NCBI GenBank assembly: GCA_020850755.1
Contig: JADZEB010000025.1
Span: forward strand, 9,546 to 73,545
Direction: 5' to 3'
DNA from: Alphaproteobacteria bacterium
GTDB lineage: Bacteria > Pseudomonadota > Alphaproteobacteria > Acetobacterales > Acetobacteraceae
DNA length: 64,000 nt
Notes under the pieces: model-generated
The model's database searches: none
What the model was told of the DNA's origin: nothing
What the model saw: the letters and a program-made list of their open reading frames with translations, nothing else
Position numbers and translations under genes: made by a program
Part shown: positions 36,423 to 46,589 of the stretch, in pieces
Layout of the letters: the number at the start of each line of letters is the position of its first letter
How positions within the stretch are numbered: the first letter of the stretch is position 1

Positions 36423-37310
36423 ATGACCACCGCCGCCGCCCTCGCCCCGCTGCGCCAGCCGCGCGTCTTTCCATTCGGCATCCGCCTCCTGATGCTGCCG
36501 GCCGCCTTCGTGCTGGTGGCCGTGTTCGTCGTGCCGATGGTCTACTTCCTGGGCCAGAGCCTGGACGCGCCGGCGGGACAGCGCGGCCTCAGCCTCGCCC
36601 ACTACCGCGAGGTGCTGAGCGACGCCTATTACTGGCAGCTTGCCTGGAACAGCTTTACGCTCGGCGCGATGGTCACTGTCATCACGCTGGCGATCGCCTA
36701 TCCGGCCGCGCTCGTGATGGCCGAGGCACGCGGCACGAAGCTGTTCGCCATCATTGCCGTGGCCACCTTCTCGCCCCTGCTCACCAGCGTGATCATCCGC
36801 TCCTATGGCTGGCTCTATGTCCTGTCCGATCGCGGCGTGGTGAACTGGTTCCTGGTCACGCTCGGCATTCTCGATGCACCGGTCCGGCTGATCTTCAACT
36901 GGACCGGCACGGTCATCGCGATGGTGCATCTCGAGATGCCGTTCATGATGTTCCCGATCCTGTCGGTGCTGCTCCAGCAGCCGCCCGTGCTGCGGGAAGC
37001 GGCACAGGATCTCGGTGCCTCGTCCTTGCAGACCTGGCTGCGCGTGACCCTGCCGCTGTCGCTGCCGGGCATTGTCGCAGGTTGCCAGATCGTGTTCGCG
37101 ACCTCGATCAGCGCCTTTGCCTCGCCAACCATCCTGGGCGGGGGACGCGTGCGCGTGCTGCCGGTCTCGATCTATGGCAGCATCCAGGGGCTGGAGTGGC
37201 CGGTCGGTGCCGTGCAGGCGGTGATGCTGCTCGCGCTGTCGCTGATTCTGGTCGGCGTCTTCACGCGCGCGCTTCGTACCCGTGCGCGCTTCGGCGGGGG
37301 GCCGCGATGA
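36423..37310 (+). CDS. ABC transporter permease (PotB-like, polyamine/opine type)
   Basis: Six TM segments with an EAA-type loop (EAAQDLGASSLQTWLRVTLPL). ATG 36423. Confidence 0.8.
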   Translation: MTTAAALAPLRQPRVFPFGIRLLMLPAAFVLVAVFVVPMVYFLGQSLDAPAGQRGLSLAHYREVLSDAYYWQLAWNSFTLGAMVTVITLAIAYPAALVMAEARGTKLFAIIAVATFSPLLTSVIIRSYGWLYVLSDRGVVNWFLVTLGILDAPVRLIFNWTGTVIAMVHLEMPFMMFPILSVLLQQPPVLREAAQDLGASSLQTWLRVTLPLSLPGIVAGCQIVFATSISAFASPTILGGGRVRVLPVSIYGSIQGLEWPVGAVQAVMLLALSLILVGVFTRALRTRARFGGGPR

Positions 37311-38119
37311 GCCCGAGAGCCTGGCGCCGCACCGGTTACGTCTATATCGCGGCCTTCCTGTGCTTCATGGCCGCGCCGCTGTTCTTCATCCTGGTCAACT
37401 CGTTCAACGACGCGGCCTACAGCGTGTTCCCGCCGCCGGCCCTGTCGCTGCGCTGGTACCACAACCTGTTCACAGTGACCGAGTTCTGGCTGGCGCTGCG
37501 CAATTCGCTGATCATCGCGCTGGTCTCGGCCGCACTTGCGCTGATGCTCGGCATGGGCGTGGCGCTCGCGCTGGTGCGCGGCGGCTGGGCGCAGCGCGAG
37601 GTCATCCAGTCCCTGTTCCTGAGCCCGCTGCTTGTGCCCCGCGTGGTGATCGGGGTGGCCGTGTTCATGGCCGCGATCCGTGCCGCGCTCTATCCCTCGC
37701 TCACGAGCACGATCCTCGCGCATACGGTGCTGCTGCTGCCCTATGTCACCTCGATCCTGGTGGCCAACCTGCTGCAGGTGCGCCGCGTGCAGGAGGAGGC
37801 CGCGATGGACCTCGGCGCCAACGCCTGGCAGACCTTCCGACTGGCGACCGTGCCGCAGATCTCCAAGGGGTTCCTGGTGGCGGCGATCTTCGCCTTCATC
37901 GTCTCCTTCGACGAGTTCGACATCGCCCTGTTCCTCTCGCGCAGCGAGAACATGACGCTTCCGGTGCGCATGTATCTGTACATGCAGGAACAGGAGAACC
38001 CGACCATGGCCGCCATGTCCACGCTGCTGATCGGCCTGATGGTGCTGCTTGTCATTACGATCACGCGCATGTCGCGCGGGACCAATCTTCTGTCCATACT
38101 CATGCGACGGGGACACTGA
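37307..38119 (+). CDS. ABC transporter permease (PotC-like)
   Basis: EEAAMDLGANAWQTFRLATVP loop and six TM segments. ATGA overlap with the upstream gene. Confidence 0.8.
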   Translation: MSPRAWRRTGYVYIAAFLCFMAAPLFFILVNSFNDAAYSVFPPPALSLRWYHNLFTVTEFWLALRNSLIIALVSAALALMLGMGVALALVRGGWAQREVIQSLFLSPLLVPRVVIGVAVFMAAIRAALYPSLTSTILAHTVLLLPYVTSILVANLLQVRRVQEEAAMDLGANAWQTFRLATVPQISKGFLVAAIFAFIVSFDEFDIALFLSRSENMTLPVRMYLYMQEQENPTMAAMSTLLIGLMVLLVITITRMSRGTNLLSILMRRGH

Positions 38120-38187
38120 ACTGGCACGCTCATGCCGCACCGCACTCGACCGGGGCGACCCCCAACCAAACAACAGAGGAGGCTGAC

Positions 38188-39330
38188 ATGACCACGCAAG
38201 ACAGGAACGCCGACGACCCGGCCCGCCGGAAGCTGATCACGCGCCGAGCCTTCGTCGAGCGTGCACTGGCGCTCGGGGTATCGGCGCCCGCCGCTGCCAC
38301 GCTTGCCGGAACGCTTGGCTTCCCGATGACAGTCGCCGCGGCCGAGGAACTCGCGCTCAGCTTCTTCGTCTTTGCCGGCGGCACGCAAAGCGTGATCCCG
38401 CGCCGCGTTGCCGCCGCCTACCAGCAACGCAACGCCAACACCAAGATCGAGATCTATGAGTCCAGCAACGCCGCCACCTACCCGTTGATGAAGGCGGCAC
38501 GGCAGGCGAATCCCGACCGGCCGCTGGTCAATTTCGGCTACTTCAACGTCGCCACCACGGCGCAAGGGGATGCCGATGACATGTGGGACTCGCTTGATCC
38601 CGCGCGCATCCCGAACCTCAACAATGTCCTGCCGAACCTGCGCCGCCCCCAGAACAAGGGCGCGGCCTTCTGCGTCTCGCCGGTCGGCATCGTCTACAAC
38701 CGCCAGCATGTGCGCACGCCGCCCACCTCGTGGCTGGAGATCTTCACCGATCCGGCCTATCGCGGCCGCGTCGTCGGCTTCGACTATTCCTGGCAGTATT
38801 CCGGCGTCATCCCGGCGGTGCTGCTGAACGGCGGCGACCTGACCAAGCCCGAGGCCGGATTCCGCTTCCTGGCCGAACGCGCCTCGCAATACCTCACGCT
38901 CGTGCCCGGCACGCAGCAGGCGATCAACCTGTTCGCCAGCGGCCAGGGCTGGATCTGCATCTTCTCCAAGGGCATCCAGATGCAGATGACACGCGCCGGC
39001 GCCAATGTCGGCTTCGCCATCCCGAAGGAGGGGGTGATGGTGATCCCGCTCTACCTGCAGATCGTCAAGGGCACGCGCCCGGAGCAGCGCGCGGTAGCCG
39101 AGCGGATCATCAACGAGCTCCTCTCGCCCGAGCGCGTCGCCGAATACTGCATCAGCGAGGGCTACGCCCCCGGCACCACGGGCGTGACGCTGCCTCCGGA
39201 GATGGCAGCCGAACCCGCCTTCCAGGCCAGCACCATCGCCAATGCGATGAACGTGGACTGGGCCGAGCTTGGCCGCCAGGACGCCGCCTACCGGCGGCTC
39301 TGGGACCGGATGGTCAAGACCCGCCTCTAG
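38188..39330 (+). CDS. ABC transporter periplasmic substrate-binding protein (PotD/family 1-like), Tat signal
   Basis: GAGGAGG SD. The leader is ITRRAFVERALALGVSAPAAATLAG. 380 aa. Confidence 0.75.
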   Translation: MTTQDRNADDPARRKLITRRAFVERALALGVSAPAAATLAGTLGFPMTVAAAEELALSFFVFAGGTQSVIPRRVAAAYQQRNANTKIEIYESSNAATYPLMKAARQANPDRPLVNFGYFNVATTAQGDADDMWDSLDPARIPNLNNVLPNLRRPQNKGAAFCVSPVGIVYNRQHVRTPPTSWLEIFTDPAYRGRVVGFDYSWQYSGVIPAVLLNGGDLTKPEAGFRFLAERASQYLTLVPGTQQAINLFASGQGWICIFSKGIQMQMTRAGANVGFAIPKEGVMVIPLYLQIVKGTRPEQRAVAERIINELLSPERVAEYCISEGYAPGTTGVTLPPEMAAEPAFQASTIANAMNVDWAELGRQDAAYRRLWDRMVKTRL

Positions 39331-39338
39331 CCGAATAC

Positions 39339-39366
39339 GCCGGCCGCTCCGCGCGGGGCGGCCGGC
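39339..39366 (+). terminator. Intra-operon GC hairpin after the binding-protein gene (attenuator or mRNA-stabilising element)
   Basis: GCCGGCCGC (39339-39347) pairs with GCGGCCGGC (39358-39366), followed by TTCC. Confidence 0.35.
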
Positions 39367-39393
39367 TTCCGCCCGCCGACCGAGGTTGTCCGC

Positions 39394-41400
39394 ATGCCAC
39401 TAGATCCCGTGACGCTTGGCATCCTGAGCCACAAGTTCAGCGCCGCCACTGACGAGATGACTCTCAACCTCAAGCGCGCCTCGCGCTCGGTCTATGTCAA
39501 GGAGGCGGCCGATTTCGGCACCGGCCTGGTTGATCTCGAAGGGCACATCTTCGCCTTCCCGGCCTCTACCAGCGTCAGCGCGATCGAGCGCGAATGCGGC
39601 GCCACCATCGCCGCGGTGCCCGATCTTGCCGATGGCGATGTCATCATCACCAACGACCCCTACCGTTCGCGCGGGCTTGCCACCCACCTGCCCGACCTGC
39701 ACATCGTGCAGCCCTATTTCCACGACGGGCGCATCATCGCCTATGGCTGGTGCTTCATCCATTTCATGGACATGGGCGGGCGCGTGCCGGCCAGCATCTC
39801 ACCCTCCAACTCCGAGATCTTCCAGGAGGGGCTGATCGTGCCGCCCTGCAAGATCGTCAAGCGCGGGCGGATCGACCAGGAGATCCTCGCCATCATCGCC
39901 GCCAACTGCCGCACGCCGCACCAGAACGTCGCCGACATCAAGGCGATGCTGGGCGCGCTCGGCACCGGGCGCAAGCGCATCGCCGACATCATCGGCCAGC
40001 ACGGCATCGCCGAGTTCGAGGCCGCGCGCCAGGAGGTGCAGGACTATGCCGCGGCCAAGGCGCGCGCGGTGCTCCGCCGCATCCCGGATGGTGTCTATGA
40101 TTTCTGGGACTATATGGACGATGATCTCGTCACCGGTATTCCGGTGCGCTTCCGCGTGCGCATGACGGTGAAGGATGGCGAGATCGAGGTCGACACCTCC
40201 GGCACCGATCCGCAGGTTCGCGCCGCCTTCAACCTGCCCACGCACGGCTTCCGCCATCCCTGGCTTGCGGTGCGGCTGACGCAGTTCATGCTCACCTATG
40301 ACCGCAGCCTGCCGCTGAACTACGGCATGTATCGCCACATCAAGGCCGTCAACCCGCCGGGCACCGTGCTGAACGCCGAGTTTCCCGATGCGGTCGGCGT
40401 GCGCCACTCCTCGGCGCATCGCTACAATGACGCGCTCAGCGGGGCGATGATGAAGGCCTGCCCCGACCTGATGCCGGCGCCGACCTCGGGCGTGATCGTG
40501 CCGATCGTGCTGGCGGAACTGGACGAGCGCGGCGGGCGCAATGTCACGGTGGTGGAACCGCTGGTCGGCGGGCGCGGCGCATGCCACGGGCTCGACGGCA
40601 CGGATGCGCGCGACAATTCCGCCGCCAATCTCAGCAACCATCCGGTCGAGACCATCGAGGCCGAGATCGGCGCCATGATCCGCCGCTACGATGTGCGCTG
40701 CGATTCGGGCGGCCCCGGCGAGTGGCGCGGCGGCGTCGGCCAGATCGTCGCCATCGAGATCCTGCGCGACAACAGCATGCTGCTTGCCCGCGGCATGGAC
40801 CGCATGCGCTTCATCGCCTGGGGCTATGATGGCGGCGCGCCCTCGGCCCCGCTGCGACTGATCGTCAACCAGGGCCGGCCGGACGAGCGCGAGTACGGCA
40901 AGATCGACGAGCTCCTGCTCAAGGCCGGCGACACGGTGACCTTCCTCTCGCCCGGCGGGGGCGGCTATGGCGATCCCTATCGCCGCGCGCCCGAGGCGGT
41001 GGAGCGCGATGTGCGGCTCGGCTTCGTCAGCCGCGAGGCCGCGGCACGCGACTACGGCGTTGTGATTGCAGAGGACGGCACCGTCGATGCCGCCGCAACG
41101 GCAGCGCGCCGCGACCGGCGCATGGCCGCGACGCAGCCTGACGGCTTCGATTTCGGCCCCGAGCGCCGCGCCTGGGAGGCCGTGTTCGACGACGCCACCA
41201 TGCTGGAGCTCAACCGGCGCCTCGGGCGGCTGCCGAAGCCGCAGCGCCAGCCGCTGCGCCGGCGCATCTTCGATGCGGTCGCGCCCGAGCTCGGCGCGCG
41301 CGCGCGCATCCGCTTCGCCGATGCCTTCGCCGACACCGATGCCGCGCGCCGGCGCCTTGCCGATGCGATGAAAGCGATCCTGCCTCCGGAGGCGGCCTGA
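39394..41400 (+). CDS. Hydantoinase B/oxoprolinase family protein (HyuB-like)
   Basis: MPLDPVTLGILSHKF....E.....R...S..VKEA.DF, ...ITNDPY....THLPD are classic Hydantoinase_B N-terminal motifs. 668 aa. Confidence 0.8.
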   Translation: MPLDPVTLGILSHKFSAATDEMTLNLKRASRSVYVKEAADFGTGLVDLEGHIFAFPASTSVSAIERECGATIAAVPDLADGDVIITNDPYRSRGLATHLPDLHIVQPYFHDGRIIAYGWCFIHFMDMGGRVPASISPSNSEIFQEGLIVPPCKIVKRGRIDQEILAIIAANCRTPHQNVADIKAMLGALGTGRKRIADIIGQHGIAEFEAARQEVQDYAAAKARAVLRRIPDGVYDFWDYMDDDLVTGIPVRFRVRMTVKDGEIEVDTSGTDPQVRAAFNLPTHGFRHPWLAVRLTQFMLTYDRSLPLNYGMYRHIKAVNPPGTVLNAEFPDAVGVRHSSAHRYNDALSGAMMKACPDLMPAPTSGVIVPIVLAELDERGGRNVTVVEPLVGGRGACHGLDGTDARDNSAANLSNHPVETIEAEIGAMIRRYDVRCDSGGPGEWRGGVGQIVAIEILRDNSMLLARGMDRMRFIAWGYDGGAPSAPLRLIVNQGRPDEREYGKIDELLLKAGDTVTFLSPGGGGYGDPYRRAPEAVERDVRLGFVSREAAARDYGVVIAEDGTVDAAATAARRDRRMAATQPDGFDFGPERRAWEAVFDDATMLELNRRLGRLPKPQRQPLRRRIFDAVAPELGARARIRFADAFADTDAARRRLADAMKAILPPEAA

Positions 41401-42491
41401 TGGCCGAGCGGGCAGGCAGCGCTGCGCCCGGCCAGGCCGCGGTCGATTTGGCCGGCGTTTCGCGCCGCTATGGCGATGTAGACGCCGTCGCGGACGTGTC
41501 GTTGCGGATCGAGGAAGGCGAGTTCTTCTCGCTTCTCGGACCATCCGGCTGCGGCAAGTCCACCACGCTGCGCATGATCGGCGGCTTCGAGGTGCCCACC
41601 AGCGGCGAGATCCGCATCCGCGGCGTGGCGATGAACAGTGTCCCGCCGCACCGCCGCCCGACCAACATGGTCTTCCAGCAGCTCGGCCTTTTCCCGCACC
41701 TGACCGTGTTCGACAATGTCGCCTTCGGCCTGCGGCTGGCGAAGGTGCCGCGCGCCGAGATCACGCGGCGCGTCGCCCGCCAGCTCGAGATCGTCAATCT
41801 GGCCGGCTTCGAGCGCCGCTACCCGGACCAGCTTTCCGGCGGCCAGCAGCAGCGCGTGGCGATCGCGCGCGCGCTGACCAACGAACCCTCGGTGCTCCTG
41901 CTCGACGAACCGCTCGGCGCGCTCGATCTCAGGTTGCGCCAGAAGATGCAGATCGAGTTGAAGGAGATCCAGCGCCGGCTGAACACGACCTTCATCTACG
42001 TCACGCACGACCAGGGCGAAGCCTTCGCCATGTCCGATCGCATCGGCATCATGAACCATGGCAGGCTGGAACAGGTGGATACGCCCAGGGCGATCTATCA
42101 CCGCCCGGCCACCGAGTTCGTCGCCGACTTCGTTGGCGAGACCAATCTCGTGCGCGGCAAGGTGACGCGCCGATCCGGCGACACGATGATCGTCGCCGCG
42201 CTCGGCCTTGAGGTTCCGCTCGTTGCCAGCAGCGTCAGCCCTGGCGAGAGCGTCACCCTGTCCATCCGGCCCGAGCATGTGCGCCTGTCGCGGATCCAGC
42301 GCGGCGCGCCCGGCATGGTCACGATACGCGGTGCGACCTTCCAGGGGTCCTTCATCCATTACGCGCTGGAGACGCCATCGGGAGAGACGATCAGCGCGCG
42401 CGTGATCGATGGCGATGCCAGCGACAACCTCAAGCCCGGTGATGGCGCCGACATCCAGTTCGCTGTCGAGCAGGTTCGTATCATGGGCTAG
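41400..42491 (+). CDS. ABC transporter ATP-binding protein (PotA-like, with C-terminal TOBE-like domain)
   Basis: [24 protein letters not shown] and [11 protein letters not shown]. The start overlaps the hyuB stop by 1 nt (TGATG). Confidence 0.85.
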   Translation: MAERAGSAAPGQAAVDLAGVSRRYGDVDAVADVSLRIEEGEFFSLLGPSGCGKSTTLRMIGGFEVPTSGEIRIRGVAMNSVPPHRRPTNMVFQQLGLFPHLTVFDNVAFGLRLAKVPRAEITRRVARQLEIVNLAGFERRYPDQLSGGQQQRVAIARALTNEPSVLLLDEPLGALDLRLRQKMQIELKEIQRRLNTTFIYVTHDQGEAFAMSDRIGIMNHGRLEQVDTPRAIYHRPATEFVADFVGETNLVRGKVTRRSGDTMIVAALGLEVPLVASSVSPGESVTLSIRPEHVRLSRIQRGAPGMVTIRGATFQGSFIHYALETPSGETISARVIDGDASDNLKPGDGADIQFAVEQVRIMG

Positions 42492-42540
42492 GCTAGGCTA
42501 GGCTAGGCTAGGCTAGGCTAGGCTGGGCTAGGGTAGGCTG
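42486..42540. repeat. Pentanucleotide microsatellite (GGCTA)7 plus 4 degenerate units
   Basis: Seven perfect GGCTA units span 42486-42520, followed by GGCTG, GGCTA, GGGTA, GGCTG. The TAG stop of the PotA-like gene (42489-42491) spans the junction of units 1 and 2. Confidence 0.9.
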
Positions 42541-42574
42541 GCCACGGCTCCGTCCCTGCACCTGGGCACGACCA

Positions 42575-43333
42575 ATGCTCGAACCGGTGAGGCACAGCTA
42601 TCGCGCGACCTACCGCCGCAGCGCCTATGTCATGCTCGCGCTGCTCGGCGTGCTGCTGCTGTCCGGGATGGCGCTGGTGTGGCTCCTGACGCTGCCGGGA
42701 GCCGTCCAGGAGGAGGCGGTTCTGGCGATTGGCGGTATCGCCATCCTGTCGGTGCTTGCGGTCATGATCACCGGCTTTCGTACCCATTGCTGGACGCTCG
42801 GCGCCGATCGACTGCACATCGAGGAGCGGCCGATGGTTCCATTCACCGGCTTCGCGCGCAGGGCCGAGCTCCCGCTTCGCGAGGTCGCCGCACTGCGTCA
42901 GGTCGAGAGTGGCGTCGAGCGGCTGATCGAGATCGGAACGCGCAACGGGGCGGTGTTTCGCCTGCCGCAGGCCCGCACCGCCGGCCCGAGAGGTGTGGGC
43001 GTGCCGGATGTCACGGGGTTCTCGGCGTTCGAACGGGAGTTGCTCGCGCGCATCGCCGCCGCGCAGGCGGCCCCCCTCGCCGTCCAGCAGGGTCTGAGCT
43101 TCTGGAACACGTTGCCGGGCCTTGCCTTCCTGGCGCTGATGGTCCTGATCGCGACGGCCATCGCCGGACTGACGGGCTACGCCATCTGGGGCGGGATGAC
43201 GCTCCGGCATGCGGCGATGCAGGGAGCGGCCATCGCGTTGCTGCTGCCCTTCGGTGCCGCCTATCTGCTCGTCAAGGCGGCGAGGCGTCGCGCGCGCGTT
43301 CTCGGCCTGCGCAAGCACCAACCCCACCCTTGA
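42575..43333 (+). CDS. Hypothetical membrane protein (2+2 TM helices flanking a soluble domain)
   Basis: 252 aa. TM pairs are at VMLALLGVLLLSGMALVWLL / AIGGIAILSVLAVMITGF and GLAFLALMVLIATAIAGL / AIALLLPFGAAYLLV. No family recognised. Confidence 0.45.
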   Translation: MLEPVRHSYRATYRRSAYVMLALLGVLLLSGMALVWLLTLPGAVQEEAVLAIGGIAILSVLAVMITGFRTHCWTLGADRLHIEERPMVPFTGFARRAELPLREVAALRQVESGVERLIEIGTRNGAVFRLPQARTAGPRGVGVPDVTGFSAFERELLARIAAAQAAPLAVQQGLSFWNTLPGLAFLALMVLIATAIAGLTGYAIWGGMTLRHAAMQGAAIALLLPFGAAYLLVKAARRRARVLGLRKHQPHP

Positions 43334-43417
43334 AGTGCGCGCGGGCGGTGCCCGGCACAGGGCGCGATGCCGCGCGGAACGGCTTGGAACCGGCCGCAGT
43401 CCTGCTAGGCTCGAACC

Positions 43418-44614
43418 ATGACAGCAACGACACGCCCGCACATGGCGCCAACCTGCGAGCCCGCCTGGTCGCTGGTCTGCGAGCTCTGCGGCCGGGCCTA
43501 CCCCGCCTTCGCCGCCTGCACCGGCTGCCCCGATTGCGCGCGGGCTGGCCGCGCTGGCGTGCTCGAAGTGTCGGGGTGTCTTCCGCGTCGCGGCGACCCT
43601 GGCGCGCTGACCCTCGGCGAGGGCCGCACACCGCTGGTCGAGGCGCCGGCGATCGCGCGGCGGCTCGGCCTTGCCCGCCTCCACTTCAAGATCGAGGGCA
43701 CGAACCCGACCGGTTCCTACAAGGACCGCTATGTCGCGGCCACGCTGAACGCGATCCTGCCCTTCGGCGTCCGGCGCATCGTCGTGTCGTCCACCGGCAA
43801 TCTGGGCGTCGCCGCGGTGGCCTATGCGGCGGCGGCCGGGCTGCCCTGCCTCTTCCTGGCTGCCGCCGGCCTGCCCGGCGCAGCGCTGATCCAGGCCCAG
43901 TCGCACGGGGCCACGGTGGTGATGACCGACCCCGTGCGGCGCCATGTCGTGTTCGAGCACGCAGCCCTGCATCGCGGCTGGTTCCCGATCGGGCTGCGCA
44001 TGCCGCGGCGCATCAGCAATCCCTTCGGGGTCGAGGGCTATCGCGGCATCGCCGAGGAAGTGCTGGCTGATCTCGGCCAGCCGCCGGATGCGGTGCTGTT
44101 TCCATCGGCACGCGGCAACGGCCTGTTCGGCGCCTGGCTCGGCTTCCGCGACCGGCCCGGCACCAGGCCGCGCATGATCGCCTGCCAGCCCGACACGGCG
44201 AACTCCCTGGAGGCAAGCCTGCGCGGGGGGCTGGACGTTCCGGCCGAGCTGCCGCCCTCGGACAGCGTTGCCTTCTCCACGCGCGAAACGACCGCGGATG
44301 TGATGGCGCTGCGCGCGATCCGCGCCTCGGGCGGCACGGCGGTTTCCGCCAGCGATGCCGAGATCCTCGCCGCCCAGGCAGACCTCGCGCGCGCCGGCCT
44401 GTTCGTCGAGCCATCCTCGGCGCTGCCGCTCGCCTGCCTGCCCCGCCTCATCGCTTCCGGCGCCCTCCGGCGCGATGCGGCGGTGGTCTGCGTGCTCACG
44501 GCAAGCGGCGTGCGCTGGGCCGAGCATCTGCCGGGCCTACCGCCGGTGCCGAGGATCGACCCGACGGCGGAGGCACTCGATCGTTTCCTCTCCGAGGCCG
44601 GACTGGCCGATTGA
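43418..44614 (+). CDS. Threonine synthase-like PLP-dependent enzyme (Trp-synthase beta superfamily) with N-terminal Cys-rich zinc-ribbon
   Basis: KIEGTNPTGSYKDRY (PLP-lysine motif), SSTGNLG, and the N-terminal cluster CELCG...CTGCPDC. Confidence 0.7.
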   Translation: MTATTRPHMAPTCEPAWSLVCELCGRAYPAFAACTGCPDCARAGRAGVLEVSGCLPRRGDPGALTLGEGRTPLVEAPAIARRLGLARLHFKIEGTNPTGSYKDRYVAATLNAILPFGVRRIVVSSTGNLGVAAVAYAAAAGLPCLFLAAAGLPGAALIQAQSHGATVVMTDPVRRHVVFEHAALHRGWFPIGLRMPRRISNPFGVEGYRGIAEEVLADLGQPPDAVLFPSARGNGLFGAWLGFRDRPGTRPRMIACQPDTANSLEASLRGGLDVPAELPPSDSVAFSTRETTADVMALRAIRASGGTAVSASDAEILAAQADLARAGLFVEPSSALPLACLPRLIASGALRRDAAVVCVLTASGVRWAEHLPGLPPVPRIDPTAEALDRFLSEAGLAD

Positions 44615-44685
44615 CATGATGTGCAAGAGCCTGCCGGCTGGGTTGGCCACGGCCCTGCCTGCAGCGGACAGCAACGGGGGGTCCC

Positions 44686-45459
44686 ATGCTGCTTGAAGGA
44701 CACGGCGCGCTGGTGACCGGAGGCGCCGGCCGTCTTGGCCGCGCCATCGCGGCTACCTTCCTGCGCGAGGGGGCGCGGGTTGTCGTCGCGGACCGCGACG
44801 CCGAACGGCTTTCCGCGGTGGCGCGCGACCTTGATGTCGCCGCGACCCATGGCGATGTCGCCAGCGCGGCGGATGCCGCACGCATGGTCGCCGAGGCCGA
44901 GGCGGCGCGCGGGCCGATCGACCTGCTGGTGAATGCGCACGGCATCTTCCCGAACCGTGCTTTCCTGGACCAGACGCCGGAGGGCTGGGACGCCCCCTTC
45001 GCCATCAATGTCCGCGGCAGCATGCTGATGTGCCAGGAACTGGCGCGGCGTTGGATCGCGGGCGGGGTGAAGGGCGCGATCGTGAACATCTCCTCCGGCG
45101 CCTCACGATCCGCGCGCGCGGGCAGCGCGCCCTATGCGGCATCGAAGGCGGCGCTGAACATGATGGCCGAGGTTCTGGCGATCGAGCTCGGGCCGCATGG
45201 CATTCGCGTCAACAACGTCCTGCCGGCGCTGATCCTTGACGAAGTCGTGGCCGAGGAGAGTCCCGATCGCCACCCCTATGCCAACATGATGCTGAAGGCG
45301 ACGCCGCTCGGACGGCTAGGCATCCCGTCCGACGTGGCCGAGGCGGCCGCCTTCCTTGCTTCCGATCGAGCGTGCTGGATCACAGGCGCGATGCTGGAGG
45401 TGACGGGCGGCTCGCATTGCGGGCGCACCCACATGCCCATGTCCGGCAACATGCGCTAG
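44686..45459 (+). CDS. Short-chain dehydrogenase/reductase (classical SDR)
   Basis: TGGAGRLG, NISS and YAASKAAL (YxxxK). Confidence 0.85.
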   Translation: MLLEGHGALVTGGAGRLGRAIAATFLREGARVVVADRDAERLSAVARDLDVAATHGDVASAADAARMVAEAEAARGPIDLLVNAHGIFPNRAFLDQTPEGWDAPFAINVRGSMLMCQELARRWIAGGVKGAIVNISSGASRSARAGSAPYAASKAALNMMAEVLAIELGPHGIRVNNVLPALILDEVVAEESPDRHPYANMMLKATPLGRLGIPSDVAEAAAFLASDRACWITGAMLEVTGGSHCGRTHMPMSGNMR

Positions 45460-45462
45460 CTG

Positions 45463-46476
45463 ATGACCGCGTTCACCATCATCGGCGCTGGGGCGGTCGG
45501 GGCCATCGTCGGCGTGCATCTGGCGCGCGCGGGGCACAGGGTGTGCTTCGTCGAGGCCAACCGCCCCCATGTCGAGGCCGTGCGTGCGCACGGCCTGCGG
45601 CTGCTCGGTGCCACAGACGCACTGATCCGCCCCGAGATCCTGCTGCCCGACGAAGTGCAAGGACCGCTCGGCCAGGTGCTGCTCGCGGTGAAGGCACGCC
45701 ACACGCTGGAAGCCCTGGCTCCGCTAGCGCCGATGCTGTCGCCCGATGGATATGTCGTCTCGCTGCAGAACGGGCTGGAGGAATACCGCATCGCGGCACT
45801 GCTCGGCGCCGGCCGCACCATCGGTGGGTTCCTCACCTTCGGCGGCCACTGGCGGGCTCCCGGCGAGGTGGTCTATGGCGGCCCCGGAACCTTCCGCGTC
45901 GGCGAGATCGACGGCACCATTCGCCCTCGCACCCTTGCGCTGCGTGATGCGCTGATGGCAGTGCAGCCGGTCGAGGCGACAGCCAACATCTTCGGCTTCC
46001 TGTGGGGCAAGCTGGCGCTGCTGGCGATCTACTTCGCCACCGCGCTCACCGACAGCGACGTGACCGCACTCTATGCCGAGCCGCGCTGGCGGACATTGTT
46101 CGGCCGCCTCGCCGGCGAGGTCGCCGCCGTGGCGGCGGCAAAGGGTGTGGCGATCGAACCCTTCGATGGCTTCGATGCGCGGGTGTTCGGTCCTGATGCA
46201 CCGCACGATCCCGCCGGCGCCGAGCGGGCCTGGGCCGGGCAGATGCGCTACTGGAGCCGGCATGCTGGCAACCGCACCGGCATCTGGCGCGACCTCGCCC
46301 AGCACCGCCGCAGGACCGAGGTCGAACAGTTGCTGGGCGAGGTCGTCGTGATCGCCGACTCTATCGGCTGCCCCGTCCCGCGCCTGCGCTGCCTCGTGGG
46401 CCAGATCCGCGAGATCGAGGACGGACACCGCGGCCAGGCAGCCCACAACCTTGCCGAGCTGGACCAGCCGACATGA
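45463..46476 (+). CDS. 2-dehydropantoate 2-reductase family (PanE/ApbA-like) oxidoreductase
   Basis: FTIIGAGAVGAIVG..L, ...LLAVKA, ..LQNG.., ..WGKL.. and a C-terminal ApbA_C-like segment. Confidence 0.75.
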   Translation: MTAFTIIGAGAVGAIVGVHLARAGHRVCFVEANRPHVEAVRAHGLRLLGATDALIRPEILLPDEVQGPLGQVLLAVKARHTLEALAPLAPMLSPDGYVVSLQNGLEEYRIAALLGAGRTIGGFLTFGGHWRAPGEVVYGGPGTFRVGEIDGTIRPRTLALRDALMAVQPVEATANIFGFLWGKLALLAIYFATALTDSDVTALYAEPRWRTLFGRLAGEVAAVAAAKGVAIEPFDGFDARVFGPDAPHDPAGAERAWAGQMRYWSRHAGNRTGIWRDLAQHRRRTEVEQLLGEVVVIADSIGCPVPRLRCLVGQIREIEDGHRGQAAHNLAELDQPT

Positions 46477-46589
46477 CTCGCCTCCCCCTCCTGCCCGGGC
46501 TTCATGGACGCCTGCGGATTGCCAAGCACATCGGCATGGCGCATGGTTGTTCCGCGATAACAACCAATAGGCACGACGGAGGCTGTCCC

